From the NCBI GenBank assembly GCA_034521595.1, contig JAXHMG010000003.1, positions 1,856,001 through 1,920,000 on the forward strand: a stretch of 64,000 bases of DNA, in the 5' to 3' direction. Of this stretch, positions 21,202 through 31,699 are shown piece by piece. The stretch comes from Gemmatimonadota bacterium (lineage in GTDB: Bacteria > Gemmatimonadota > Gemmatimonadetes > Longimicrobiales > Gaopeijiaceae). The translations under genes were made by a program, and so were the position numbers. Position 1 is the stretch's first letter. Each line of letters starts with the position of its first letter. A model generated the notes under the pieces. The model was not told the origin of the DNA and did no database searches. It was given only the letters and a program-made list of their open reading frames with translations.

Positions 21202-22952
21202 GTCGAGGCCCCCGCGGGCCGCACATCGACCAGCTTCGCTTGCGCCGTCGCGCGTCCCCGCCACTCGTTCTTCTCGAGCCGGTACAACACGTCGTGCCCG
21301 TCGGCCGCCAAGGTTTCGGAGGGGCAGCGTGCGAACAGGCCGAAACCGATAGCCTCCACCCGTGTCTCGTCCCGGGTCAGCACGGTTTTTAGGTGGCCGT
21401 GCCCGACTTCCCTCGATCCCTCCAGCCTCACGCCGTCGGTCCGGAACAGAGGCCCCGGATTACCAATGCCATGCGGGCCCAGATACGTGAGCCAGTGCAC
21501 CAGCTCGAGATCGACGCTCGCCGGGTCGAGAGCGAGGTCGGGGCGGAGCGCCGGGCGAAGATCGTTTTCCTCCATCCGTGCCCGCGCCTCGGCATTGAGC
21601 GCCTCCCGAAGCGCCGGAACCCGATCGCGGAGCACGTCCATCCCCGCGGCCTGGCGGTGGCCGCCGAAGCGCTCCAGGTGTTCCGAGCACGCCTTCAACG
21701 CCTCGTAGAGGTGGAAGCCGGGCACGGACCGGGCACTGCCCCGTCCCCGCGCACCGTCGAGGGCCACCATCACCACCGGGCGGTGAATCCGTTCGACGAC
21801 CCGCGAAGCGACGATGCCGATGATGCCCGGGTGCCACCCGTCCGCTGCGAGCACGACCGCGTAATCCCGGTCCGGGTCGTACGTCTGTTCGAGCTCCGCG
21901 AACGCCTCCTCCTCGGTTCGGCGGTCCTCCAGGCGTCGGTCTCGATTGATCTCCTCGAGGGCCGTAGCGAGCGCGCGAGCCTCCTCGGGCTCGTCGGTCA
22001 GGAGCAGCCGCAAGGCGTCGTCGGCGTCCCCGATGCGCCCGGCTGCGTTGATCCGGGGTGCGACCACGAAGCCCAGCTTCCCCGCGGTGAGCTCGTCGGC
22101 CGCGGTACCCGAAGCGTCCAGTAGGGCGGCAAGGCCGGGGAGCGTCGTTCGGGCCATCCGCTTCAGGCCGTACGCGACCAGGACACGGTTCTCGCCGGAA
22201 AGCGGCACGAGGTCCGCGACCGTAGCGAGCGCCACCAGATCGAGGTAGCGCGCCAGGGGCTCGAGATCTTCGTCGAGCGCCCGGCCCACGAGCTCACAAA
22301 CCCGGTAGGCGAGACCCGTTCCACTGAGACCCTCGTCCGGATACGGACAATCCGGCCGCTTGGGGTTGACCACGGCGTACGCCGGGCTGGGCGCTTCTCC
22401 CACCGTGTGATGGTCCGTCACCACTACGTCGCGTCCCTCGCGGGCCGCCGCAGCGACGGTGTCGTGAGCCACCGTCCCACAGTCCGCGGTCAGGATGAGC
22501 GTGGCATCCGCGTGACGGGCCGCTTCGAGCCCGGCTTCCGAAAAGTCGTATCCGTCCCGGAGCCGGTGCGGCACGAAGGGCACGACGCGACCTCCGAGTC
22601 CCCGCAACCAACGCGTGAGCAGCGCCGTGGCACAGATTCCGTCCACGTCGTAATCGCCGTGCACGAGGATCACCTCCCCCGCACGAACCGCCTCCGCGAT
22701 CCGCTCGGCCGCCCGGGGTCCGTCGGCCAGGAGCGCGGGGTCGTGAAGATGCTCCAAACGGGGCCGCAGAAAGCGCTTGGCCGCTTCGGGATCGGACAGC
22801 CCCCGCACCGCGAGCACGCGACAGACCGGCTCGGGGAGCCGAAGCGCCGCCTGAAGGGTCCGGACGGCCCGCGGATCGGGCTCCGGAGGAGCGTGCCACA
22901 CCGCTGCGGGAGATCGCACCGTGGACGGGCGCGAAGCGGTGGACCGGGTCAC
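21198..22952 (-). CDS. recJ: ssDNA exonuclease RecJ
   Basis: GDYDVDG, DCG, TDHH, PRINAAGR, GSARS, FGGH; start approximate. Confidence 0.96.
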   Translation of the reverse strand: MTRSTASRPSTVRSPAAVWHAPPEPDPRAVRTLQAALRLPEPVCRVLAVRGLSDPEAAKRFLRPRLEHLHDPALLADGPRAAERIAEAVRAGEVILVHGDYDVDGICATALLTRWLRGLGGRVVPFVPHRLRDGYDFSEAGLEAARHADATLILTADCGTVAHDTVAAAAREGRDVVVTDHHTVGEAPSPAYAVVNPKRPDCPYPDEGLSGTGLAYRVCELVGRALDEDLEPLARYLDLVALATVADLVPLSGENRVLVAYGLKRMARTTLPGLAALLDASGTAADELTAGKLGFVVAPRINAAGRIGDADDALRLLLTDEPEEARALATALEEINRDRRLEDRRTEEEAFAELEQTYDPDRDYAVVLAADGWHPGIIGIVASRVVERIHRPVVMVALDGARGRGSARSVPGFHLYEALKACSEHLERFGGHRQAAGMDVLRDRVPALREALNAEARARMEENDLRPALRPDLALDPASVDLELVHWLTYLGPHGIGNPGPLFRTDGVRLEGSREVGHGHLKTVLTRDETRVEAIGFGLFARCPSETLAADGHDVLYRLEKNEWRGRATAQAKLVDVRPAGAST

Positions 22953-22986
22953 GTAGGCCTCGAGCCCCCGAGCGTGTCCGGGCCTG

Positions 22987-23796
22987 TCACTCGTCGACGA
23001 GGGCCTCGTCCGGGTCCTCGGTGCCGGCCGCGCCATCCGACGAGGTCGTGTCGTCCGTCTCCGCTTCGGATTCGGCTTCGGACCGGGGATCGGGAGCGGA
23101 AAGGATGACCCCGCACGCTTCGCAGCGGATCAGGTCATCCCCGTGCCGGATCTCCGTCTGAACCTGGAGCGGCACCATGCCGAAACAGTTTCCACAAGCT
23201 CCGTCCTCCGTCAGCTCGGCCACCGCCTGGCGCCCGGTTCGGCCCCGGATCGCGTCATAGATGTGGAGCTCGCTTTCGTCGATCTCCTCCACGAATTCTT
23301 GCCGTTTCGCCCGGAGCTCCTCGAGCAGCTTCTCGACCTCGGTACGTTCCTGCACGAGAGCTTCACGCTTGGGCTCGACCATCGAGCGAGCTTCCTCGTA
23401 GGCCTCCTCGAGCTCCGCGATTCGCTCGTCGGACTTGCGGATCTGATCGAGCAGGGTGTAGGCCTCCTGCTCGTCGTTCTGCAGAGAGCGCTTGACCATC
23501 TCCAGCTCCGCGCTGACCGCGGCTTCTTCTCGCAGGTTCCGGACGGACCCGACACGGTCTTCGAGCTTCTTGAGGCGGTCACGCTTCTCAGTGATCGAGA
23601 GCTCCAGACGCCGCTCCTCCACCTTCATCTCCTGCGAGCGCTTCCGGAGCGTGCCCAACTCGCCCTCGACGACCAGGACCGGCTCCTCCACCTCCTCGAA
23701 ACGCGGATCGAACGCCTGAATGCGTTCCTCTGCCTCCAGGATGCTAGTGTCCAGCTTCTGCAGTTCTTTGAGTGCGGTGCGGCGCTGCTCCGTCAT
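22987..23796 (-). CDS. Coiled-coil protein with C4 zinc ribbon (DUF164/CT398-like)
   Basis: LQKLD start, long coiled coil, CGNC...CEACGVIL, acidic tail. Confidence 0.88.
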   Translation of the reverse strand: MTEQRRTALKELQKLDTSILEAEERIQAFDPRFEEVEEPVLVVEGELGTLRKRSQEMKVEERRLELSITEKRDRLKKLEDRVGSVRNLREEAAVSAELEMVKRSLQNDEQEAYTLLDQIRKSDERIAELEEAYEEARSMVEPKREALVQERTEVEKLLEELRAKRQEFVEEIDESELHIYDAIRGRTGRQAVAELTEDGACGNCFGMVPLQVQTEIRHGDDLIRCEACGVILSAPDPRSEAESEAETDDTTSSDGAAGTEDPDEALVDE

Positions 23797-25625
23797 CGGC
23801 TCGGTTCGTTCTGTGAGTGATCTCGTCGGGGTACGCGCGTCGCGGACCCCCAGTAATTCGGATCGAGCTGGCGAAGCTCCCGTGCGAGGGTGGCCTTCGC
23901 GTTCGCGAGCTCCAGCTTTTCCTCGTCCTCACCCGCGGACTCGATCCGCCGCTGAAGCTCCTGGATTCTCCGGTCCAGCGTGAGAACCCGAAGCCGGTTC
24001 ACCGACTTCGTGAAGACGTCGATCCCGTGGGAGAGCTCCTCCGGGTCCGCCAGGATCTCCTCGAACCGACGAGCGGTCGCGGGATCCATGGACGAGGGTG
24101 GCGCCCGGAGGTCGGGATCGTCAAGGAGCGTCTGAAAGATGGCGCGGTGATGCGGATCGTCAAAGTCCTCGACGGAAACCACCTCCGCGGCCCGCTCGAC
24201 CCACTCTACGCCACGGACCATCACCTGAAGCAGCTTACGCTCGGCACCATGGCGAGGCACGCGCGGGCCGGAGGCCGGCTTGGCCTGCTGCCGCGCGGGA
24301 CCCGCTGACGGCTTCCGGACCGCCTGTCGCCCCGACGCCTCGCGAGCCAGCTCGGCCTCGAGCGTCTCTCGGCGCACGCCCGTGCGGTCCGCGACCTTCT
24401 TGACGTAGATGTCGCGGAGCGTCGCATCGGCAGCCGCACGCATGGTGGGGAGCAATCGGTCGATCGCCGCGCGCGTGCGCTCGATGGACGAGAAGTAGTT
24501 GCGCTCGTCCAGGATCTGGAGCTTCCGGTCGAGAACGTCCACCGCCTGGTCGACGTATCCGCGGAGCACGTCGGGCCCCTCACCCCGCACCAGCGTGTCG
24601 GGGTCTTCGCCGTCCGGCAGGGTGACCACGGCCGGGTGGAGGCCCGCTTCGAGCAAGACGTCTCCGGCGCGGAACGTCGCCTTGAGACCCGCGGCGTCCG
24701 AATCGAAGAGGAGCACGATGCGCTTCGCATATCGTCCGAGCAGGCTCGCCTGTTCGGGCGTGACGGCGGTTCCGAGGGGCGCGACGACGTGCTCGAGGCC
24801 GTGCGCCGCGAGCGAGACCACGTCCATATACCCCTCCACGATCAGCGCGCATTCCTCGCGCCGAATCGCATGACGGGCCCAGGAGAGGCCGTAGAGATTG
24901 AGGCCCTTGTGGTAGACGGGTGACTCGGGCGAGTTGACGTACTTGGGCGCGTCGGGACGGTCGCCGTCGAGAATCCGGCCGCCGAACCCGATCACTTTCC
25001 CCGAGAGCGACTCGATGGGAAAGATGATCCGACGCCGAAAGCGGTCGTACGCCTCCGGCGACTTCTCGCTGCGCGCCAGGAGGCCGAGCTCCATCATGAG
25101 CTCCTCGTCGAGCCCGTGCTTTGCCGCGGCCGACCGGAGTCCTCGCCACGCGTCGGGGGCGTACCCGATGCCGAAGCGCTCGGCCGTCTCCCCGTCGATG
25201 CCGCGCCGGGTGAGGTACTCGCGCGCGATCTTACCGTCCTCGGCGTCCAGGAAACGCTCCCGGTACCAGTCCCGGGCGAAGCCGTTGATCTCGTAGAACG
25301 GACGATTCGGGTCGTCCTCTTCACGGTCCTTGTGGACCTCGCGAATCTCGACGCCCGAGCGAGCCGCGACGTGCTTCACCGCCTCCACGAACTCCATGCC
25401 CTGCCGCTCTATCAGGAACGAGAAGACGTCTCCGGACTTGCCACACCCGAAGCACTTGTAGAAGCCTTTGTCGGGCACGACGTAGAAGCTGGGCGTGCGC
25501 TCTTCGTGAAAGGGACAGTTGGCCTTGTACTCGCGTCCCGACTTCTTCAGCGTCACGAACTCGCCGATGACGTCGACGATGTCCGCACGGGTCCGGACCT
25601 CGTCGACCATCTCGTCGGGGATCAT
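23793..25625 (-). CDS. dnaG: DNA primase
   Basis: CPFHEERTPSF, CFGCG zinc finger, KYVNSPE, EGYMDV, FDSDAAG TOPRIM. Confidence 0.98.
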   Translation of the reverse strand: MIPDEMVDEVRTRADIVDVIGEFVTLKKSGREYKANCPFHEERTPSFYVVPDKGFYKCFGCGKSGDVFSFLIERQGMEFVEAVKHVAARSGVEIREVHKDREEDDPNRPFYEINGFARDWYRERFLDAEDGKIAREYLTRRGIDGETAERFGIGYAPDAWRGLRSAAAKHGLDEELMMELGLLARSEKSPEAYDRFRRRIIFPIESLSGKVIGFGGRILDGDRPDAPKYVNSPESPVYHKGLNLYGLSWARHAIRREECALIVEGYMDVVSLAAHGLEHVVAPLGTAVTPEQASLLGRYAKRIVLLFDSDAAGLKATFRAGDVLLEAGLHPAVVTLPDGEDPDTLVRGEGPDVLRGYVDQAVDVLDRKLQILDERNYFSSIERTRAAIDRLLPTMRAAADATLRDIYVKKVADRTGVRRETLEAELAREASGRQAVRKPSAGPARQQAKPASGPRVPRHGAERKLLQVMVRGVEWVERAAEVVSVEDFDDPHHRAIFQTLLDDPDLRAPPSSMDPATARRFEEILADPEELSHGIDVFTKSVNRLRVLTLDRRIQELQRRIESAGEDEEKLELANAKATLARELRQLDPNYWGSATRVPRRDHSQNEPSR

Positions 25626-28033
25626 GCGCCCTCCCGGAAGCCGGCCACGGTCACGCCCGCGCCCCCTTCCGTGGGCCGGCCCATGCGCATCGACCGCACG
25701 CGCGCGTCTGCTTCGAGCATCTCCCCCACCCGTTTTCGTAGCGCTCCGGTCCCTTTGCCGTGAATGATCCGGAGCTCCGGGAGGTCCTCGAACACCGCTT
25801 CGTCGAGCGCGCGCGCGAGCTCTACCTCCAGCTCGTGCACACGCAGCCCCCGCAGGTCGACCTCCACCCGCGCCCCTCCATCCCGCTCCGCGGACCACCC
25901 TCCACCGCCCCCGGACGGGGCGGGCTCCGCGGTCGACGCCCCGCCGCCGGAGTCGGGATCGGCGGCTGCCGCCTCGATCAGCTCGAGGTCGCTCAGGGCC
26001 GCCTCCAGCTTGATCGCGCCGGCCTCCACGACGGCCCGGTTGGATCGGCGCTCGACGATCCGTCCCTTCGCCCCCGTCGCCTTGAGGCGCACGCGATCCC
26101 CTTCGGCGAAGTCTCGAGTCGGCGCCGGGCGATCGCTCCGGGAGGCGCCCGGCGCGGGCCGATTACGCTCGGCCGCCCGTTCCACGCGCCCCCGCGCCTC
26201 GTGAATGGCCGCGTCCAATGAGGTGCCCTCCTCCGCGGCGCGCCGAACCTCCTGGACCGCCGCTTCGACCTCCGAGCGGGCATCGAGCAGAAGCTGGCGA
26301 GCCTCGTCGCGGGCCCGTTCGGCATGGGACGCTTCGGCCTCCTCCAACGCGCGCTCGCGCCTCTCCAGCTCCTCGCCGAGCCGCGCCGCACGCGCCCGCT
26401 CACGATCCAGCTCGTGCACCAGCCGGTCAGCTTCACGGTCCCGCTCCTCGAGCCGGGCCAGCGTCTCTTCGAGCTTCGCCTCGTCGTCGTCGCGATACCC
26501 TTCGGCACGATCGAGCACGCGGCCCGGGAACCCCAACGTTCGCGCGATGGCGAGACCGTAGCTTCGGCCCGGCCGGCCCTTCTGGAGGCGATAGGTCGGC
26601 TCCATACGCGCCGAATCGAACTGGAGTGACGCGTTGACGACCCCCGTCCCTTCCCCGGCGAGTCGCTTCAGCTCCCCGAGGTGCGAGGACGCCAGAGTGA
26701 GCGCCCCCTGGGACACCAACTCCTCCAGAATGGCCCGCGCCAGAGCCGCGCCCTCCGACGGATCGGTCCCGGTTCCCATCTCGTCGACGAGCACCAGCGA
26801 GCGTGCGTCCGCTCGCTGCACGATCTCCGAAAGGTTCTCCAGGTGCGCCGAAAACGTCGAGAGATTCCGCGCGATGGATTGTTCGTCCCCGATGTCGGCG
26901 TAGAACGACCCGAAGACCGGCAAGCGGGTTCCCGGACCGACCGGCGGAACCACACCGCTCTGGGCCAGAGCCGCGATCAGGCCGGTGGCCTTGAGGAACA
27001 CGCTTTTTCCGCCCGTGTTCGGTCCGGACACGACCACGGCCCGCTCCCCGGAATCGAGGTCGAGGTCGAACGGCACCACGGAGTCGAGCCCCTGCGTCTC
27101 GACCAGCAAGGGATGCCGCGCGCCGACCAGCCGGATCCCGTGCGAAGGATCGCCCAGGATCTCGGGCACCTCCGCACGCCAGGACATCGCGACTCGGGCA
27201 CGCGCCTGCAGGGCATCGAAATCGGCGAGAGCGTCCAAAGCGCCGCGCAGCTCGGCGTGCACGGGAGCAAGCCGACCGGTGAGGGATCGGAGGACCCGCT
27301 GGACCTCACGCTTCTCCTCCCGCTCGAGGTCACGAAGCTCGTTCATCGCCTCGATCGCTTCGGGCGGCTCCACGTAGAGGGTCGCCCCGGTCTGCGACTC
27401 GTCGTGCACGATCCCACCCACGTCGCTGCGCGCCTCACGCCGAACGGGAACGACGTACCGTCCTTCACGAACCGTCACCGATGCATCCGGCACGACGTAA
27501 CGTTCGGAGAGTCCCGAGAGGTAGGCATCCAACCGCTTGACGACCCGTCCGTGGGCGCCGCGCAACCGGTCCCGGAGCCGCCGGAGCTCCTTCGACGCCG
27601 TGTCCAGCACCGAGCCGTCCGCGTCGACCGACCGCTGGATCTCCTTTTCGAGCTCCTCGAAGTCGACCAGAGCCGCGCGCAGCGTGCGGACCCCGTCGTC
27701 CACCGCCCCGTCGAGCACGCGTCGCAGCTCTCGGGAGGAGCCCATCAGGACACCGAGGTCGTGGAGCTCCGCGGCTTCGAGGACCGCGCCGTCCACCCCC
27801 GCGCGCTTCAGCGACGCCTCGACGTCGGGCACCGGCGGCATGCCCCATTCCGGGCGTTCCTCCGCGAAGCGCATCACGGCGCGCACGCGCCCGAGCTCCC
27901 GGGCTACGTCGTCGGATGCCCCACGGGGGCGCAGCGCGTGGACTTTGCGGCGCCCGGGGTCGCTGGCAGCCCGTTCCGCGATCCGCTCGAGCACGCGCTC
28001 GAACTCCAGAACGGCGAGCGCATGATCGCTCAT
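25622..28033 (-). CDS. mutS2: Endonuclease MutS2 with Smr domain
   Basis: GPNTGGKS, DIGDEQSI, DEMGTGTDP, IHGKGTGALR, GGAGVT. Confidence 0.96.
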   Translation of the reverse strand: MSDHALAVLEFERVLERIAERAASDPGRRKVHALRPRGASDDVARELGRVRAVMRFAEERPEWGMPPVPDVEASLKRAGVDGAVLEAAELHDLGVLMGSSRELRRVLDGAVDDGVRTLRAALVDFEELEKEIQRSVDADGSVLDTASKELRRLRDRLRGAHGRVVKRLDAYLSGLSERYVVPDASVTVREGRYVVPVRREARSDVGGIVHDESQTGATLYVEPPEAIEAMNELRDLEREEKREVQRVLRSLTGRLAPVHAELRGALDALADFDALQARARVAMSWRAEVPEILGDPSHGIRLVGARHPLLVETQGLDSVVPFDLDLDSGERAVVVSGPNTGGKSVFLKATGLIAALAQSGVVPPVGPGTRLPVFGSFYADIGDEQSIARNLSTFSAHLENLSEIVQRADARSLVLVDEMGTGTDPSEGAALARAILEELVSQGALTLASSHLGELKRLAGEGTGVVNASLQFDSARMEPTYRLQKGRPGRSYGLAIARTLGFPGRVLDRAEGYRDDDEAKLEETLARLEERDREADRLVHELDRERARAARLGEELERRERALEEAEASHAERARDEARQLLLDARSEVEAAVQEVRRAAEEGTSLDAAIHEARGRVERAAERNRPAPGASRSDRPAPTRDFAEGDRVRLKATGAKGRIVERRSNRAVVEAGAIKLEAALSDLELIEAAAADPDSGGGASTAEPAPSGGGGGWSAERDGGARVEVDLRGLRVHELEVELARALDEAVFEDLPELRIIHGKGTGALRKRVGEMLEADARVRSMRMGRPTEGGAGVTVAGFREGA

Positions 28034-28083
28034 TCCGTCACCTCATCGGGATCGCGGCCCGCATCCGCGCTCCGACCGTCGCC

Positions 28084-28524
28084 TCAAGCGCCGAGCTCCT
28101 CCCGCGCGATCCGGTTCGCTTCCTTACCGTCGAACCGCCCGCGGATCCGAGGCATGATCTTGCCCATGAGCGGGCCCATCTCGTCCGTGCCCGCATCGAT
28201 CGCTTCGCGCACGAGCTCCCGGACGTCGTCTTCGGTGAGCTGCTCGGGCAGATAGCCCTGCAGGATGGCGGCCTGAGCGTCCTCCTGCTCGGCGAGCTCG
28301 GTGCGGCCGGCTTCGCGCATCTGCCGGGCGGCATCTTCCCGCTGCTTGATCGCCTTGGAGATGACCTGCACGACCCCGTCGTCGTCGAGGTCGCTCCCAC
28401 CGTCGATCTCCTTGTTGCGGACCTCCGAGAGCACCGTCGAGAGCACGAGCACCCGGATCTTCTCCCGTTGCTTCCGCGCGGTGTTGACGTCCTCCTGGAT
28501 CCGAGCTTTCAAGTCGCTGGACAC
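28084..28524 (-). CDS. yqeY: GatB/YqeY domain protein
   Basis: KAIKQRED, GRTELAEQE, YLPEQL, MGPLMGKIM; GTG start estimated. Confidence 0.9.
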   Translation of the reverse strand: MSSDLKARIQEDVNTARKQREKIRVLVLSTVLSEVRNKEIDGGSDLDDDGVVQVISKAIKQREDAARQMREAGRTELAEQEDAQAAILQGYLPEQLTEDDVRELVREAIDAGTDEMGPLMGKIMPRIRGRFDGKEANRIAREELGA

Positions 28525-28642
28525 GGTCTGTCTCTCTTTCGCATGGGTTCTCGAGCAGATGGCTGGTCGGGGCATCCGAAGCAAGGCGAGCCGGCATGCC
28601 CCGGATCGGTGGGCTACCCCCGAGACACGATAAGGTCGCGCA

Positions 28643-28996
28643 TCATCCGGGGGGCCACTGCATGGCACGGCCACCGAGCACGTGGACGTGGAGGTGATCG
28701 ACGGTCTGACCCCCGTGGTCGCCGGTGTTGACGACGGTGCGATACCCCGACTCGGCGATCCCCTCCGCGCGGGCGACGTCTCGCGCCCGCAGGAGAAGCT
28801 CTCCGAGCAGCGCCTGATCGTCGGGCTCGCTCACGTCCAACGAGGGCATGTGCTTGCGAGGGATGACCAGCACGTGCACGGGTGCTTGGGGATTGATGTC
28901 CTTGAACGCCACCGTGTGGTCGTCCTCTCGGACCAGGTCGGCGGGGATCCGACCTTCCACGATGCCGCAAAACAGGCAGTCGGCTTCCGAACTCAT
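28643..28996 (-). CDS. HIT-family nucleotide-binding protein
   Basis: CLFC, DINPQAPVHVLVIP, GGQTVDHLHVHVLGGR, WPPG. Confidence 0.95.
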   Translation of the reverse strand: MSSEADCLFCGIVEGRIPADLVREDDHTVAFKDINPQAPVHVLVIPRKHMPSLDVSEPDDQALLGELLLRARDVARAEGIAESGYRTVVNTGDHGGQTVDHLHVHVLGGRAMQWPPG

Positions 28997-29165
28997 GGAT
29001 GCTTGGCTCCGGGATCGATGTGGTGATGCGCGTGATGGATCTTGTCCGCGGGCGGCGGCCAATGCAATGCGAGGGCGGACGTCTCGTCACGGCATGGAGA
29101 CGCCCCCCTCCGATCCTGACCTTGGCGTACATCGGCCAATCACGCAGCCACACCCGGAGTCGAAC

Positions 29166-29639
29166 ATGAACCCCATCGCGACACACACCGCGGCCTTCAT
29201 GGAATCGCACCCCCATCCGGCGCTCCGCCTCGGCGAGCTGCTCCCGCCCATGGCCGACCGGGTGGACCGCTCGCTCACCCTCCTCCGCCTCCGGGAAGCG
29301 CTGTCCGAACACCCCGAGACCTTCCGCATTCTCGATCCGTGGAAAGGCCCCTGGCGAACGGTGGTCCCGGCCCCGAGCGAAGTTACCGGCGTCGGCGCCG
29401 GGCACGAATCCCGGCACGGAGGTCACGGGGACCCGGCCGGCGACGTGTGGGTCGTGTTGCTCGCGGATCCGAGCGGAGACCCGGGACCCGCGGGCGGAGC
29501 TCAGCTCACGCTGCGGGAGAGCGTGCGTTGGCTCGCCCGATGCATCGACGCGCGCTCTCCGCTCTCCGTCAGTCGATGGTACGCCATCGCTCTAGCGGAG
29601 CGCGAGAGTCGGCGGGCGCTCACGCGGCGGGTAGCCTGA
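29166..29639 (+). CDS. Hypothetical protein (157 aa)
   Basis: GGAG SD before the ATG; fills the gap between HIT and prmA; helical, protein-like composition. Confidence 0.6.
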   Translation: MNPIATHTAAFMESHPHPALRLGELLPPMADRVDRSLTLLRLREALSEHPETFRILDPWKGPWRTVVPAPSEVTGVGAGHESRHGGHGDPAGDVWVVLLADPSGDPGPAGGAQLTLRESVRWLARCIDARSPLSVSRWYAIALAERESRRALTRRVA

Positions 29640-29642
29640 CCG

Positions 29643-30530
29643 TCACCGCCGGTGCCGAGCCCGAAACAGACCCGAGCGCCACTGACCGTCCTCGTCGAGC
29701 TCGACGAAATCGAACCCGTGCTCCTCGGTCGCCGCACGCATCTGGGCCCACTCCGTGTCGAGGATCCCGGAAAGGATGAGCCAACCTTCCGGTTCGACCG
29801 CCGCGGCGAATCCAGGAAGGAGCGGTATCAGCACACCCCATTCGATGTTCGCGACCACGCCGGACACCGGGCCGGCGCCACTCAACCACGCTGCGTCGGC
29901 GGGGCGCACCTCCCAATGGACCCGGTCCTCCACACCGTTGCGCAGGACGTTCTCCGCGAGCGCTTCACAGGCCAAGGGGTCCGACTCCACCGCTTCGACC
30001 TCGTCCGCGCCGAGCAGCACCGCGGCGATCGAAAGGATGCCGGAACCGGCCCCGACATCGAGCACGCGGTCGCCGGGCTTCACGGTTCGGTCCAGCAGGC
30101 GCAGGCATCCTCGGGTGGTTCCATGCTCCGCGGTCCCGAAGGCCATGCCCGGGTCGAGGGTGATCACGAGGTCGCCCGCGCGAGGGTCCGGCACCTCCAT
30201 CCAACTCGGCCGGACGACGAGCCGGTCCGTGATACGGCGCGGGGCCAATCCCCGGCGCCACGCCTCCGCCCAGTCCTCGTTTCCGCGCCAGGAAACCTCG
30301 ACGTCGAGATCGCTCAGGCCGGTGAGCGCGGCAAGCTGCGCGTGCAACGCCTCCTTCAGGCCGACCTCGTCGGCCGGCTCGTCAGGCAGATGGGTGACGT
30401 ACCAACCGTCCCGTTCCTCGACGGCCCGTCCGCCCAACGCAACCAATCCTTCGGCCAGCGACTCCGCCTCTTCCCCCCCTGCACGGCTCCGAGCTTTCAG
30501 CTCGACCCAAAGTCTGTCGGGAGTGCTCAT
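29643..30530 (-). CDS. prmA: Ribosomal protein L11 methyltransferase
   Basis: EDWAEAW, DPGMAFGTAEHGTT, LDVGAGSGILSI, LSGIL. Confidence 0.95.
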   Translation of the reverse strand: MSTPDRLWVELKARSRAGGEEAESLAEGLVALGGRAVEERDGWYVTHLPDEPADEVGLKEALHAQLAALTGLSDLDVEVSWRGNEDWAEAWRRGLAPRRITDRLVVRPSWMEVPDPRAGDLVITLDPGMAFGTAEHGTTRGCLRLLDRTVKPGDRVLDVGAGSGILSIAAVLLGADEVEAVESDPLACEALAENVLRNGVEDRVHWEVRPADAAWLSGAGPVSGVVANIEWGVLIPLLPGFAAAVEPEGWLILSGILDTEWAQMRAATEEHGFDFVELDEDGQWRSGLFRARHRR

Positions 30531-31699
30531 CCCCCGGTGAACGCTTCTTTGACTCTGGACCAGAACCCCTTCCGGGAGCCGCGTCTGACGTGGTCGGGCG
30601 CGGGAGTTTCGATCTCACGCAGGCGTTCCAACAGCTCTCGCTGCTCGTCGGACAGGGCGTCGGGGGTCCAGAGCACCACGCGTAACAGCTGGTCGCCGCG
30701 GGACGCACCATTCAGGTCCGGCAGACCGAGGCCCTTGAGACGCAGCACTTCTCCGCTCTGGATACCCGCGGGGATCTTCACCTTCGCGTCCCCTTCGATC
30801 GTCGGGACCTCCACCTCGTCGCCGAGGGCCGCCTGGGCGAACGTGATCGGCAGCTCGTGCACGAGGTTCGACCCTTCACGCTGAAAGCGAGGGTCGTCCT
30901 GCACCTCGAGCATGACCACGAGATCGCCCCGGGGGCCGCCGCGAGGGCCCACGCTCCCACGCCCACGAAGGGTCAGGAAGTTCTCGGAGGTCACCCCGGG
31001 CGGTACCTCCACCTCGACCTCCTGCTCGTGCCGCACACGCCCTTCACCGCGGCACTTCGAGCAGGGATCCGAGATGACGCGCCCTTCACCGTGGCAGGTA
31101 TGGCACGGCTGTACGCTGACGAACTGCCCGAACACCGAACGTTGCACGTGGCGCTCTTCGCCGGCCCCACCGCATGTCGGGCAAACGGACGGGGAGGAGC
31201 CCTCTTGCGCTCCAGAGCCGTCACAAGCCTCACAGACATCGAGCAGCGCCACCTGCACGGTGCGCGTCACCCCGGTCGCCACCTCGGCGAGGGTCAAGGG
31301 AAGCTTGATGCGAACGGTCTTGCCCTTCCGGGACGTTGACCGCTGTTGCCGCTCTCCACGCATACCGAAGAGGTCCTCGATGTTCGAGAACCCACCGCCA
31401 CCGCCACCGAAGTCGCGCATGAAGATCTCGATCGCATCGGCGAAGTCGAAGCCGGCGCTGCCCGCTCCGCCCGCGCCACCTTTGAGACCCTGCTCTCCGT
31501 ACCGGTCGTAAACGGCGCGCTTGTCCGGATCCCGAAGGATTTCGTAAGCCTCCGTGATCTCCTTGAACCGAGCTTCGGACTCTTTGGAGCCCTGGTTCTT
31601 ATCCGGGTGGTACTTCACCGCGAGCTTGCGGTATGCCTTCTTGATCTCGTCGGCGTCGGCTGAACGGTCCACGCCGAGGAGCTGGTAGTAATCCGCCAT
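30527..31699 (-). CDS. dnaJ: Chaperone DnaJ
   Basis: J domain with HPD, G/F region, four CxxCxGxG repeats. Confidence 0.99.
   Translation of the reverse strand: MADYYQLLGVDRSADADEIKKAYRKLAVKYHPDKNQGSKESEARFKEITEAYEILRDPDKRAVYDRYGEQGLKGGAGGAGSAGFDFADAIEIFMRDFGGGGGGFSNIEDLFGMRGERQQRSTSRKGKTVRIKLPLTLAEVATGVTRTVQVALLDVCEACDGSGAQEGSSPSVCPTCGGAGEERHVQRSVFGQFVSVQPCHTCHGEGRVISDPCSKCRGEGRVRHEQEVEVEVPPGVTSENFLTLRGRGSVGPRGGPRGDLVVMLEVQDDPRFQREGSNLVHELPITFAQAALGDEVEVPTIEGDAKVKIPAGIQSGEVLRLKGLGLPDLNGASRGDQLLRVVLWTPDALSDEQRELLERLREIETPAPDHVRRGSRKGFWSRVKEAFTGG

Noticed and set aside
28525..28642. rpsU or an ncRNA between HIT and yqeY
   Set aside because: Too short for rpsU; only a CGGGGCAT/ATGCCCCG hairpin, with no recognisable RNA family
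30503..30530. CIRCE-like half site (GAGCACTC) at the prmA start
   Set aside because: The second arm GAGTGCTAA is absent, and the match is coding sequence
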